A stretch of DNA of 64,000 nt from Candidatus Eiseniibacteriota bacterium (GTDB lineage Bacteria > Eisenbacteria > RBG-16-71-46): the NCBI GenBank assembly GCA_038231135.1, contig JBBRLX010000005.1, positions 123,339-187,338 of the forward strand, given 5' to 3'. A program made the position numbers and the translations under genes. The notes under the pieces are model-generated. The model saw nothing but the letters and a program-made list of their open reading frames with translations. It was not told the DNA's origin and made no database searches. Within the stretch, counting starts at the first letter, position 1. Each line of letters begins with the position of its first letter. Positions 1 through 9,423 of this stretch are shown here, piece by piece.

Positions 1-665
1 CCGTTCGAGGTGGCGTTCGGCCGTCGCGCCGGGCGCTGGGTCGCGAAGGACTCGGCGCGCAATCTCGCGCTCGACGTCGTTCTGCTGCCGTTGGGAACGG
101 CGTTCTGTCTGCGCCGCCCGCGACTCGCGTGGCTCCTGTTCACCTGCCTGATGCGACACCGGTCGGATCCCGGCCGGACGCTGGCGAGGGCGCGCGGCGT
201 GCTGGGCAAGCTCGGCACTCACGTGCTGCTGCGGTTGAACGGACGCCGGCAGGTTACGTGCTCGTCGACGAGGGGCTCGCGCACACACTGCACCACGTGC
301 TCGTGTGGGATCCGGCTCCGTTACGACCGGGCGTGGTGGACCGGTTCGGCGATCTGGTGCCGCTCGAGGGTCATCTGGTGTTCGTGCGGTCACCGCTCGA
401 CACGATTCTCGATCGCACGCGCCGGCGCGCCGACCCGCCGCAGCCGGGGGCCGCCCCCATGGCGATGGCGGCGTTTGCGGCCCGCGCGATCGATGTGTTC
501 GCCCGGCTCGAGCGGCACGAGCGCGTCGCCGTCCGCAGGCTCGTGGTGCACCCGGCGGAGGGCGCGAGCGGAATCGAGCACGCGGCAGTGCAACTCGTCG
601 ATGTCCTGTGCGTCGCGGAGCCACGGGCCCGCGTCCACGGGGCCTCATCCGCCGCTGGCCGGTGA
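1..665 (+). pseudogene. 5'-truncated, probably nucleotide-kinase-like gene with an apparent 1-nt frameshift near 250
   Basis: Frame 1 reads protein-like from 1 to ~250 (...LGKLGTHVLLRLNGRR). Frame 3 continues with AGYVLVDEGLAH...LVFVRSPLDTILDRTRRR to TGA at 665. Real lesion or assembly error cannot be distinguished. Confidence 0.45.
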
Positions 666-711
666 TCGGCACCGCCGGCGGGCCACGCGGTCACGCCGTG
701 GCGACTCCCGC

Positions 712-2142
712 CTACTGGTAGATCTGCAGGTCCGTGATCGCCGACGGCGGGATCGTGTCGCTGCCGTTCACGAGCGCGCGGGCGTCGGTGATGTAGGGCT
801 TCACGTCGGAGGTGGTGCCGCAGTTCAGACAGCTCCTGCTCCACGTGCTGTCCCACAGGATCCGGCGGCCGTCGGGCGATGGTACCGCGTGAGCCTCGCC
901 GGTGTAGGCGCCGATGTCGGTGTGCGTGTGGGCGAACCGCTGCACCTGGTGACTGCCGTCCATCTTCACGGCCAGGATCTCATCCGTGTACTTGTCGCCG
1001 GGATGGTCGTACCGATACCCGACGTAGACCCACCCCGGGCGATCGTAGTTGCGCGCCGAGACGTGATGCGGATTGTCCTCGTTCGCCGGATCGGTGAGCG
1101 ACGTCACCGCGCCGTCCCTGAGCCGCACCATCGCGACACCGCCCATGAGCTGACCGTTCAGGACCTTGCCATGGTTTCCGCAGTGTTCCTGGCCCACCAG
1201 TACGTCCTCGTTGTTGTCGAACGGATTGAGCGTGAGATCGGCGTGGCCGAGATCGTAGACATAGCCCTTCGCGGGGTCGCCGCCCGAGCAGCGCGGCGCG
1301 TTCGCCGGCTCCGGCCGGGGCGTGAGCACCAGCGTCGCGGGATCCACGTCGAACACGCGCGGATGGTCGCCCATGTAGCTCACGACCGCGTACCTGCCGG
1401 ACGCCGAGATCGACACCCAGTCCAGCGTGCAGCCGCCGGCGAGGCCGCACTCATTGATGCTCACGGCGGGACCGATCCGCGAGTTGGGATACGGCGCGAA
1501 CGGCGGCTGGGGATCCATGTCGACCACGAACATCCGCGTGTCGTCGGTGAGCAGGGCATAACGCCCGTCGTGCGACATGTTGCCCTCGCTGGGGCCGAAG
1601 AAGTCCACCGCGAACGGCAGTGTCCAGGTCCGGGTCTTCACGCAGTTCACCACGTCGAACCACATCAGCTCCGTGTGGTTCACGTTGATGCGCTCGTGCG
1701 GATGGGCGGGACTGGGATGCCAGCGATCGTCGCTGTGGCTGTAGTTCGAGCACTTGGCATACTTGGGCTGATACGTCTGGCCATCGAGCACGATGAAGTC
1801 GCCGCCGTTGTCGAGGACGAGCAGGCTCTCGTCCGAGTTCCACGGCTGATCCTTGGAGTAATGATCCCGCACCACGCTTGCCCAGGTGCCCGGGACGCCG
1901 TTGCCGATCGGGGTTCCGGTGTTGCCGCCGACCCGGGTCACCTTGGTGCCGAACGTCGGCTCGACGGTGGGGGTGAATCCGAGCGGCTTGGCGGTCAGTG
2001 GTTCCGCGAGAATCTTCGCGGAATCCGTGACCATGGTCTGGAACCCGGGATAGTTGGTGGCGTGCGCGGGCGCGGCACACAGCAGCGCCAGCAGCGGGCT
2101 CATCGCGATCCGCGCCAGGATCGTGCGCCGGGAGACCGTCAT
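712..2142 (-). CDS. Secreted beta-propeller-like hypothetical protein (TolB/oligogalacturonate-lyase-like) with C-terminal DTIPPSAITDLQ tail
   Basis: ATG at 2142 overlaps the upstream stop (ATGA). Signal peptide ...LLALLCAAPAHA; blade-like motifs PWNSDES, MSHDGRY, ISASGRY, PSPDGRRILWDS. Confidence 0.75.
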   Translation of the reverse strand: MTVSRRTILARIAMSPLLALLCAAPAHATNYPGFQTMVTDSAKILAEPLTAKPLGFTPTVEPTFGTKVTRVGGNTGTPIGNGVPGTWASVVRDHYSKDQPWNSDESLLVLDNGGDFIVLDGQTYQPKYAKCSNYSHSDDRWHPSPAHPHERINVNHTELMWFDVVNCVKTRTWTLPFAVDFFGPSEGNMSHDGRYALLTDDTRMFVVDMDPQPPFAPYPNSRIGPAVSINECGLAGGCTLDWVSISASGRYAVVSYMGDHPRVFDVDPATLVLTPRPEPANAPRCSGGDPAKGYVYDLGHADLTLNPFDNNEDVLVGQEHCGNHGKVLNGQLMGGVAMVRLRDGAVTSLTDPANEDNPHHVSARNYDRPGWVYVGYRYDHPGDKYTDEILAVKMDGSHQVQRFAHTHTDIGAYTGEAHAVPSPDGRRILWDSTWSRSCLNCGTTSDVKPYITDARALVNGSDTIPPSAITDLQIYQ

Positions 2143-3500
2143 CGCACCCTCAGGGTCGTCGTGGTGGCGGGCTTCACGGCGTCCACGACCGAGCCGCCCG
2201 CGGACTGAATGACGAAGCTGTCGAGCGCGGTGTTGACCGTGCAGCTCATGTCGTCGTCCGCGGCGGCGGGGCCGCACAGTTCGGCGCCCTCGATGGTGCC
2301 GGCCGTGATGTGCAGGCGCAGCGCCCCGTGGTGGAACGCGCGGAACGCGGTGAACGCCGGGGGCGGACAGCCGCCGAGCCACTCGCACGCGCTGGTGCCG
2401 TCGGTCTCGTGCGACGCGCCGCCTTCGCCGTTCGTGATGTGGACGACGCCGCTCTCCGGGATCGTGCGTTCGTAGTTGTGGCTGTGGCCGCACAGGTTGA
2501 GCTGGTACTTGGGATGCTTGGCGCCGAGCGCGCCCATGTAGCCGGCGAGCGTGTTGTCGCCGGGATGATGGCCCGACGAGTACGCGGGGCGATGACCGTA
2601 CGTCACGATGAACGTGATCTGCGGGTCGGAATCCACCTGCGTCATCAGCGAGTCCGCGCTCTTCTGCCACGCCGGCCAGGCGCCGCTGAACGGCTCGGGG
2701 AACGCGATGAACCGCACGTTGCCGTAGTCGAACCAGTACCAATCCTCGCCGGCGCCGCCGAGCGCCGGCGCGCCCACGGCGCTGCGCGGGTTCGGAAAAT
2801 CGAACCGGCCCTTGTAATTCCTGAAGTCGTCCGTGCTCGCGTCCCACTCGTGATTGCCCCACCCCGGCATGTACGCCGCGTCGCGGGCCCACGCCATCAT
2901 GTCGTTGAAGTGCTGGTCCACGTGCGACTGCCCGTGGGCGTTGCCATAGGTGAGGTCGCCCGCGAGGATCGCGAACTGCGGCTGCTGGCTCGCGATCATG
3001 CGCTGCACCGGCCCGATCCAGGTCGGATACGACGTCGAGTCGCCGATGTCGCCCTCGACGCAGATCACGAAGTCGGACGAGCCGCGCGGAATCATGGTGC
3101 GGAACGTGTGGTCCGGGCTGCTGCCGATCTTGTAGTGATAGAGGGTATTCGGCGCGAGGCCTGTGAGGCGCGCCTCCCAGAATGGTCCCGCGGACGAATA
3201 CGGCAGCGGGCTGGGTGTCACGGCGGTCGTCGAGCTGCCGTAGGCGGTGGTGGTGCCGTACTGGATCACGCTCTCGGCGCCGCGCCAGTCGAACGACACC
3301 GCGGTGGGGCTGATGAACGTCCAGTGGATCTCGTCGGCGGCCCGGGAGACTGCCGGCGCCACGAGGCTGCCGGCCAGCGCGAGCGCGACTGCGCCGGGCT
3401 GGAACTTCAGATATCGATGCCATGCCTGGGTATGGACGGCATTGCGGTCGAACACGGGACGCTCCGATGAACGGGTAGGCGAGACAGGCGAAGGGGCCAC
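2139..3500 (-). CDS. Secreted purple-acid-phosphatase-family metallophosphoesterase with N-terminal Fn3-like domain (start may be further downstream, ~3455)
   Basis: Motifs GDIG, GDLTY, GNHE, YGHRP, GHSHNYER; LTGLAPNTLYHYKIG Fn3 signature; signal-like hydrophobic stretch. Confidence 0.85.
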   Translation of the reverse strand: MAPSPVSPTRSSERPVFDRNAVHTQAWHRYLKFQPGAVALALAGSLVAPAVSRAADEIHWTFISPTAVSFDWRGAESVIQYGTTTAYGSSTTAVTPSPLPYSSAGPFWEARLTGLAPNTLYHYKIGSSPDHTFRTMIPRGSSDFVICVEGDIGDSTSYPTWIGPVQRMIASQQPQFAILAGDLTYGNAHGQSHVDQHFNDMMAWARDAAYMPGWGNHEWDASTDDFRNYKGRFDFPNPRSAVGAPALGGAGEDWYWFDYGNVRFIAFPEPFSGAWPAWQKSADSLMTQVDSDPQITFIVTYGHRPAYSSGHHPGDNTLAGYMGALGAKHPKYQLNLCGHSHNYERTIPESGVVHITNGEGGASHETDGTSACEWLGGCPPPAFTAFRAFHHGALRLHITAGTIEGAELCGPAAADDDMSCTVNTALDSFVIQSAGGSVVDAVKPATTTTLRVR

Positions 3501-3887
3501 CCGTATTGCAGGTCTGGGGCCTTCCCCTCACCCGGAGCGCCATGGGATGTAATCGCTGTCACCGCAATGCATTTGCCGATCCGCGCGGGTTCGGAAATCT
3601 GGGCCGGGGCCGTGATTCCCGCGCAGTTCGCACGGCTTCCGGTTGCATGGCGCAACGCCCGGCACCCGGGCTGGGCCCGGTCCTTAGCCTCCGTCCGGCC
3701 TCGAGCTCCCGATGCATTTCGAACGGCGCGTCGTTGCAGGCCGCACGATGTTCCGGGCCGTGCGATCGCCACGGTATTCGAATATCTCCGCGACAATGCG
3801 GGCATCGCGCGGCCAATCGAGGCGATTGATTCGCAGGCATTCCTCTTGCCACTCCGGCCGCGGTCCAGTCCGTCTGGAGGTACCCCG

Positions 3888-4415
3888 ATGCGTTCCAGCC
3901 GCCCGATACCCAGCATTGCAGCCCGCCTCGCGCGTGCACGCCCGTGGCGGCCGCTGCTCGTGCTGTCGCTCGGCTTCGCGGGGAACTCGTACTTCGCAGC
4001 GACGGCCCGCGCCCAGGCCACGGCGCTCGATTCGACGGCGACGGTGACGTGGACCGCGCCCGGCGACGATGGCGTCACGGGGCGCGCATCCCGGTACGAG
4101 CTCAGGATGCGCAATGCCGCGATCGCCGGCACCGATACGCTGTCGTGGTGGAACGCGGCCACGGGGGTGCCGGGCATGCCGTCACCGGGCGTGGCGGGCA
4201 CCGTCGATTCCGTGCTCGTGCACGGGCTCGATCCCACCCACTCCTGGTGGTTCGTCCTCAGGACGGCCGACGAGGTGCCGAACTGGTCGGGGTTCTCGAA
4301 CGTGGCCGTGCGGGCCCCGTACGTCGACACCATCCCGCCCGCCGCGATCGTGGATCTCAGGCTGGCGGCCACGGCGGCGGCGCCCCCCGGCACGGCCCCG
4401 GCCCCCGCCCGCTGA
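3888..4415 (+). CDS. Small secreted fibronectin type III domain protein
   Basis: GGAGG at 3876-3880, ATG 3888; signal peptide ending ATARA; Fn3 motifs WTAPGDDG, YELR, GLDP, ADEVPNWSGFSN. Confidence 0.85.
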   Translation: MRSSRPIPSIAARLARARPWRPLLVLSLGFAGNSYFAATARAQATALDSTATVTWTAPGDDGVTGRASRYELRMRNAAIAGTDTLSWWNAATGVPGMPSPGVAGTVDSVLVHGLDPTHSWWFVLRTADEVPNWSGFSNVAVRAPYVDTIPPAAIVDLRLAATAAAPPGTAPAPAR

Positions 4416-4499
4416 CCCTCGGGCGCTCCCGCGCCGCGCAAGTCCCGGCGGTTGACATATCCCCGCCCGGAGCCGGATTCTAGCGGGCAGCCGCTGCCC

Positions 4500-5429
4500 A
4501 TGCGGTGTGCCGTGATGACCGCTGCGACCCCCCGCCAGGCTGGAGTTCGTGTGTATGAATCCGTCGTTGCCGCAGGACCGGGCGCCTGCATCCTGTGCGG
4601 CTCGTCCGGTGGGGCCATCGTGCTGCGCGAGCCCCCGTTCGTGGGCCGCGAATGTGACTGCGGGGTCGTCTATATCGACCCGATGCCGTCGAACGTCGAC
4701 CCCACGCACGATCTGCACGTCGGCGATTACTACCAGATGCCCGCGCGCATGCGGCTCGACTGGATCCGGAAGTTCCGCGGCCCGTGCCGGCTGCTCGAGG
4801 TGGGTGCGGGAGCGGGGCATCTGCTGGCGATGGCGCGGACCGCGGGCTACGACGTCGCCGCGATCGAGCCCGACGCGGCGTGCGCGCGACATCTACGGGA
4901 GCTGGGAATTCCGGTCGAGCCGTCGCTTGTCGAGGATTCAACGCTGCCGGCGGGCGCTTATGACGTGGTGTTCCACGTCGACCTGCTGAGCCACTTCCCC
5001 GACCCCGTGCGCGCGCTCGAGGCGATGGCGCGGCTCGCGGCGCCCGACGCGACCGTGTGCTTCGAGGTCGGCGTGTTCGGAGGCCTGAACCACGCGTGGT
5101 ATCCGTGGATCGGCCGGCCGGGATTCCCGGAGCATCTGTGGTTCTACTCCGAGCCCGCGATCCGCACCGTGCTCGCGCGCGCCGGCCTCGAGCCGGTCGG
5201 CATCCGGCGGTTCGGGCTGTTTCCCTCGACGATCGTCAGCTCGCTCGGCAAGCGGCTGTTCGGCACTGTCGCGAGCGAATCCGCGCAGCGCGGTGGCGAC
5301 GCCGGCCATACCTCGGGATGGGTGCACGCCTACGAACGGTTCCAGTACCTGATCCGCTACCCGATCGGCGCCTGGGTCCCGGGCTGGGGCCCGCGCGCGC
5401 TGTTCGTCGCCGCGCGCCACGCGCGATGA
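4500..5429 (+). CDS. Class I SAM-dependent methyltransferase with N-terminal Cys motif (glycan-cluster type)
   Basis: CILC...CDC, LLEVGAGAG motif I, LSHFPDP, PEHLWFYS. Confidence 0.85.
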   Translation: MRCAVMTAATPRQAGVRVYESVVAAGPGACILCGSSGGAIVLREPPFVGRECDCGVVYIDPMPSNVDPTHDLHVGDYYQMPARMRLDWIRKFRGPCRLLEVGAGAGHLLAMARTAGYDVAAIEPDAACARHLRELGIPVEPSLVEDSTLPAGAYDVVFHVDLLSHFPDPVRALEAMARLAAPDATVCFEVGVFGGLNHAWYPWIGRPGFPEHLWFYSEPAIRTVLARAGLEPVGIRRFGLFPSTIVSSLGKRLFGTVASESAQRGGDAGHTSGWVHAYERFQYLIRYPIGAWVPGWGPRALFVAARHAR

Positions 5430-7054
5430 GCCCGTCCCGCGCGGATAAGGCTCCGCGGACTCCCGCGCCGCACGCGGCGTTCTTCGTCCACATGCTGCCG
5501 CGCTTCGTCAGCGATTTCGCCGCGCTGGCGAACACGCTCGCCACCCGCGGCACCGTCGACGTGTTCGCGCCCGTCGCCGAGCCCGGCGCCGCGGCATGGT
5601 ACAAGCGCCCCGCGGAGCTCGAGGCCGCGGGCCGCGCGCTGGTGCCCGCGGTGACGCTGCGGGAGCTGCCGCTGCAGCGCGATCACCTGACGCCGCGCGC
5701 CATGATCCGCACGTGGCGGCTGGCGTGGCGCGAGGGCCGCCGGCATCCGGACGCCTGGTTCTTCCTGTGGACCTACATTCCGTTCGCGCTGTGCGGGCTG
5801 CCGCTGCGGCTGCAGGGCCGGCGCTGCGTGTTCATGGCCACCGGGCTCGGCAGCGTGTTCGGCTCCGATACGCCGCGCATGCGGGCACTGCGCCCGTTCG
5901 TGAAGCTGCTGTACCGGTTCCTGTTCGGCGCCCCCCACAGCCGGGTGCTGGTGCACAACGTCGAGGATCGCGCCTACCTGCACGCGAGCCTCGGGATCCG
6001 GCTCGAGCACATCCAGGTCACGCCGGGCTGCGGCGTGGATCCCGCCGAATACCCGCGCTGCGCGCCGCCGCGGCATCCGCGCCCGGTGATCGGCGTGCCG
6101 GTGCGGCTGATCGTCGAGAAGGGCGTGGCGGACGCGGTGCGCGCCTCGATGCTGCTGCACGAGCGCGGCGTGGACCACGAGATGTGGTTCAGCTCCGATC
6201 TCGACGCCGGCAATCCCAGCTCGCTGACGGCCGCGGATCTCGAGCGGTTCCGGGCGCTGTCGTCGTGTGTGCGGTTCCTCGGACACCTGCCCCGCGTCCA
6301 GCAGCTCTACACCGACAGCGACATCGTGCTGATCCCCACGCGCTATCGCGAGGGCCTGCCGACCGCGCTGCTGGAATCCGCCGCCGTCGGCCGGCCGATC
6401 GTCGCCACCGACAACGTGGGCTGCCGCGACTTCATGGTGCACGAGCGCACCGGCCTCGTGGTGCCGCGGGGCGACGCGCGCGCGATGGCCGACGCGCTCG
6501 AACGCCTGATCCGGGATCCCGCGCTCGCCGAGCGCCTGGGGGATCAGGCGCACGAGCACTTCCTCGCGGGCTTCACGAAGCAGGAGATGGTCGATCGCAC
6601 ACTGGCGCTGCTGGCCGGATATGCTCGGGACGCCGGGGCCACGCGCGAAGTCGTGCCCATGCGTGAACGCGAGGGGGAGCACGGGATGGAATTCGATCGC
6701 TGCAACCTGGCGGAGCTCGAGCTGGAGGACATCGTCGCCCACGGCGGCGAGGGCCGGATCCGGTTCCGGCGCATCGCCGACGCCGCGTCGCTGGCGGGCG
6801 CCTGCGATTTCATGGATATCGCGGAGCTGCCGCCCGGTGCGTCGGTGGGCCGCCACACGCACGGCGCAGACGAGGAGGAGTTCTACCTGATCCTGTCGGG
6901 CCGGGGGGAGATGTGGCGCGACGGCGCCGCGTTCGACGTGCGCGCGGGCGACCTGATCCGCAACCGTCCCGCGGGCAGCCACGGGCTCGTGAACACCGGG
7001 GGCGAACCGCTGCGGATGTTCGTGTTCCAGGTGCCGGTGCCGCGGTCCGCATGA
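5426..7054 (+). CDS. GT4 glycosyltransferase fused in frame to a C-terminal cupin domain
   Basis: GT4 motifs RLIVEKGV and REGLPTALLESAAVGRPIVATD; cupin GRHTH...EEFYLILSG...GSHGLVN; ATGA overlaps at both ends. Confidence 0.8.
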   Translation: MSPSRADKAPRTPAPHAAFFVHMLPRFVSDFAALANTLATRGTVDVFAPVAEPGAAAWYKRPAELEAAGRALVPAVTLRELPLQRDHLTPRAMIRTWRLAWREGRRHPDAWFFLWTYIPFALCGLPLRLQGRRCVFMATGLGSVFGSDTPRMRALRPFVKLLYRFLFGAPHSRVLVHNVEDRAYLHASLGIRLEHIQVTPGCGVDPAEYPRCAPPRHPRPVIGVPVRLIVEKGVADAVRASMLLHERGVDHEMWFSSDLDAGNPSSLTAADLERFRALSSCVRFLGHLPRVQQLYTDSDIVLIPTRYREGLPTALLESAAVGRPIVATDNVGCRDFMVHERTGLVVPRGDARAMADALERLIRDPALAERLGDQAHEHFLAGFTKQEMVDRTLALLAGYARDAGATREVVPMREREGEHGMEFDRCNLAELELEDIVAHGGEGRIRFRRIADAASLAGACDFMDIAELPPGASVGRHTHGADEEEFYLILSGRGEMWRDGAAFDVRAGDLIRNRPAGSHGLVNTGGEPLRMFVFQVPVPRSA

Positions 7055-8136
7055 GCGTGCTCGCGCTGGTGATGGCGGGAGGGGGCGGCACCCGCATGCG
7101 CAGCTCGGGGGTGACGACTCTCAAGCCGCTCGTCGAGGTACGCGGCGTGCCGCTGATCGAGCGCAACCTGTGGGCGCTGGCCGGCGCCGGGGTCGACGGG
7201 ATCGTGGTGTCGTACGCCGCGGGCGGCGCGGCGGTCGAGCACTGGCTCGCCGGGCGCGGCGCCGCGCTCGGGCACGCGCTCGGCTGGACCGTCGAGGCGC
7301 TGATGGAGGCCGAGCCGCTCGGCAACGTGGGTTGCGCGGGACGCCTGGCCGGCCGGGCGGACGCGGTGCTCGTGGTCTATGCCGACAACCTGACGCTGAT
7401 TCCGCTGTCGGCGCTGCTCGATCACCACGCGCGCGCGGGCGCCGCGCTCACGCTCGCCACTCACCGCGAGCCGTTCACCATGCCGTTCGGCGAGCTCACG
7501 CTGGCGGGCAGCCGTGTCACCGACTACCGGGAGAAACCGGTCGAGTTCCACCAGGTGAGCAGTGCCGTGTTCGTGCTCGGCCCCATGGCACTCGAGCGAC
7601 TGGCGAACCGCGGCCCCGCCGGATTGAGCGACCTCACGCGCGAGCTGATCGCCGCGGGCCGGCACGTCGAGGCGTACGGGCATGACGCGGCGTGGATCGA
7701 CGTGAACGATGCCGCCGCGCGCAGCCGCGCCGAACACCTCGTGACCGTACAGGGGAACGCGTTCGAGGCGTGGGCGCCGCGCGTGCACTCGACCCGGGTG
7801 GCGTGGATCGGCGTGCACGACGATGCTGTGATCACGGTGGGCCCACTGGGCGCGCCGGAGCTGCCGGCCGAGATGTGCGAAGACAGTCAGGTCCCTACGG
7901 AGGTGCTGGGCATGCTGCGCCGCGAAGCCGGACTCACGACTTCGTCCGCGCCCGCGCCGGTTGCGCTGGACGATGTCACCGAGCGTGGCACGCTGATGCG
8001 GACGATCGCGTTCGTCGAACCCTTGGCGGATCGGCCGCCGGCGAATGCAGCCTCGCGACCCACGCCGGTCGCGGAGCTGATGCGGATCCCGGCCATCGCA
8101 CGCCTGCTGCGGAGGGCTGGTGTCGCCTCCGGATGA
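7051..8136 (+). CDS. Sugar-phosphate nucleotidyltransferase with C-terminal degenerate NUDIX-like extension
   Basis: MAGGGGTRM..LKPLVEV, EPLGNVG, YADNL, YREKP, WIDVND. Confidence 0.85.
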   Translation: MSVLALVMAGGGGTRMRSSGVTTLKPLVEVRGVPLIERNLWALAGAGVDGIVVSYAAGGAAVEHWLAGRGAALGHALGWTVEALMEAEPLGNVGCAGRLAGRADAVLVVYADNLTLIPLSALLDHHARAGAALTLATHREPFTMPFGELTLAGSRVTDYREKPVEFHQVSSAVFVLGPMALERLANRGPAGLSDLTRELIAAGRHVEAYGHDAAWIDVNDAAARSRAEHLVTVQGNAFEAWAPRVHSTRVAWIGVHDDAVITVGPLGAPELPAEMCEDSQVPTEVLGMLRREAGLTTSSAPAPVALDDVTERGTLMRTIAFVEPLADRPPANAASRPTPVAELMRIPAIARLLRRAGVASG

Positions 8137-9382
8137 GCCTGCGGCGATCGCCACCGTGCGCGTGGCGATCGTCGGCGGCGGAGCCTACGCCGCACGGCTC
8201 GTGGAGCTGCTGGCGGGTACGGCGGGGCTGCCACGTCTCGAGATCACGCTTGTCGCGACGCGCGCGGATCCGCTTGCGATCATCGCGCGGCACGCGCGCG
8301 CGCTCGTCCGCGCGCGACGCCCGGACTGGCGCGTCGAGCACACCACCACGCTCGGGGCGGGTGTGCGCGCCGCCGCCGCCGTCGTGCTGCTGGTCCGCGT
8401 CGGCGGGCTTGCGGCCCGTCACTGGGACGCGACGTTCCCGATGCGCTACGGCCTTGCCGGCGACGAGGGGCTGGGCGCCGGCGGCTTCGCGAACGGCTGG
8501 CGCACGCTGCCCGTGATGGACGGGATCGCCGATGCCATCGCCGCGTCGACCCCCGGCGCCCGGGTGCTGAATCTGGTGGCGCCGCTCGGACTCACGACGC
8601 GGCTGCTCGTGGAGCGCGGCCTCGCCACGGTGGGCCTGTGCGAGTTGCCCACGACGACGCGCGACCGGATCGCCGCGAGCGGATCCGACGCGGCGCGCGG
8701 GCTCGCCTATGCCGGGCTCAATCATCTCGGGTGGTTCTGGCCGCGGGACGCGGCCGGCCGCCGCGCGCTGAACGATGCCGTCGAGAGCGGCATCGTGGAC
8801 CGTGAGACGTACACGGAGTTCGGCTCCGCTCCGCTCCCCTACTTCTACCGCATGTTCCGTCCCGCGGCCGCGGCGCGCATGGGGCTCACGCCCGATCCGG
8901 GCCGCGCGACCACGCTGCTGCATCTGCGCGATCGATTGATGTCGGCCATGGAGCGCGATCCGGGCGGGGAGCTGCCCGAATTTCGCGAGCGCTCCACGCC
9001 GTGGTTCGAACACGCGCTGGTACCGTGGCTCGCGGCCGGCTTCGCCGGTAACGAGCTCCGCACGTTCGGCAATGTCGTGAATGGCGACACGGTGCCGGAG
9101 TTGCCGGCGGAGACCGTCGTGGAGTTGGAGGTGGACGCCGGGGCGTATGGCATCGCGCCCGTGGCCTCGGGCGTGCTACCGACCGCAGTGGCGCGCTGTC
9201 TCGCTGATGCCGCCCGCGCGGAATCGCTCGCCTATCGCGCGATTCGCGAGCGGGATCGCGCCGGGATGGCGAGCGCGCTCGAAGCGTTACCGGGAGGCGT
9301 TCCCGCGGAGCGCGTGGCGGATCTAGTCCGGGACGTGTGCGACGAGCATCTGGGCGGTTCGGGTCCGTCGACAGCCGGTTGA
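8120..9382 (+). CDS. Glycoside hydrolase family 4-like NAD-dependent protein (divergent)
   Basis: VAIVGGGAY, RVGGL..R, GLCE, YAGLNHLGW, N..N...PELP..VVE. Confidence 0.8.
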   Translation: MSPPDEPAAIATVRVAIVGGGAYAARLVELLAGTAGLPRLEITLVATRADPLAIIARHARALVRARRPDWRVEHTTTLGAGVRAAAAVVLLVRVGGLAARHWDATFPMRYGLAGDEGLGAGGFANGWRTLPVMDGIADAIAASTPGARVLNLVAPLGLTTRLLVERGLATVGLCELPTTTRDRIAASGSDAARGLAYAGLNHLGWFWPRDAAGRRALNDAVESGIVDRETYTEFGSAPLPYFYRMFRPAAAARMGLTPDPGRATTLLHLRDRLMSAMERDPGGELPEFRERSTPWFEHALVPWLAAGFAGNELRTFGNVVNGDTVPELPAETVVELEVDAGAYGIAPVASGVLPTAVARCLADAARAESLAYRAIRERDRAGMASALEALPGGVPAERVADLVRDVCDEHLGGSGPSTAG

Positions 9383-9423
9383 GGGGTGCGGACTGCGTAC
9401 GGGCGCCTCCCGACACCAGCGCT

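Noticed and set aside
712..3543. 943-aa ORF and the 10..2208 (+) ORF
   Set aside because: Off-frame or antisense shadows in high-GC DNA; the real genes are 712-2142 and 2139-3500.
3548..3563. CRP/FNR-like TGTAA-N6-TCACC in the divergent promoter region
   Set aside because: A single imperfect match with no independent support.
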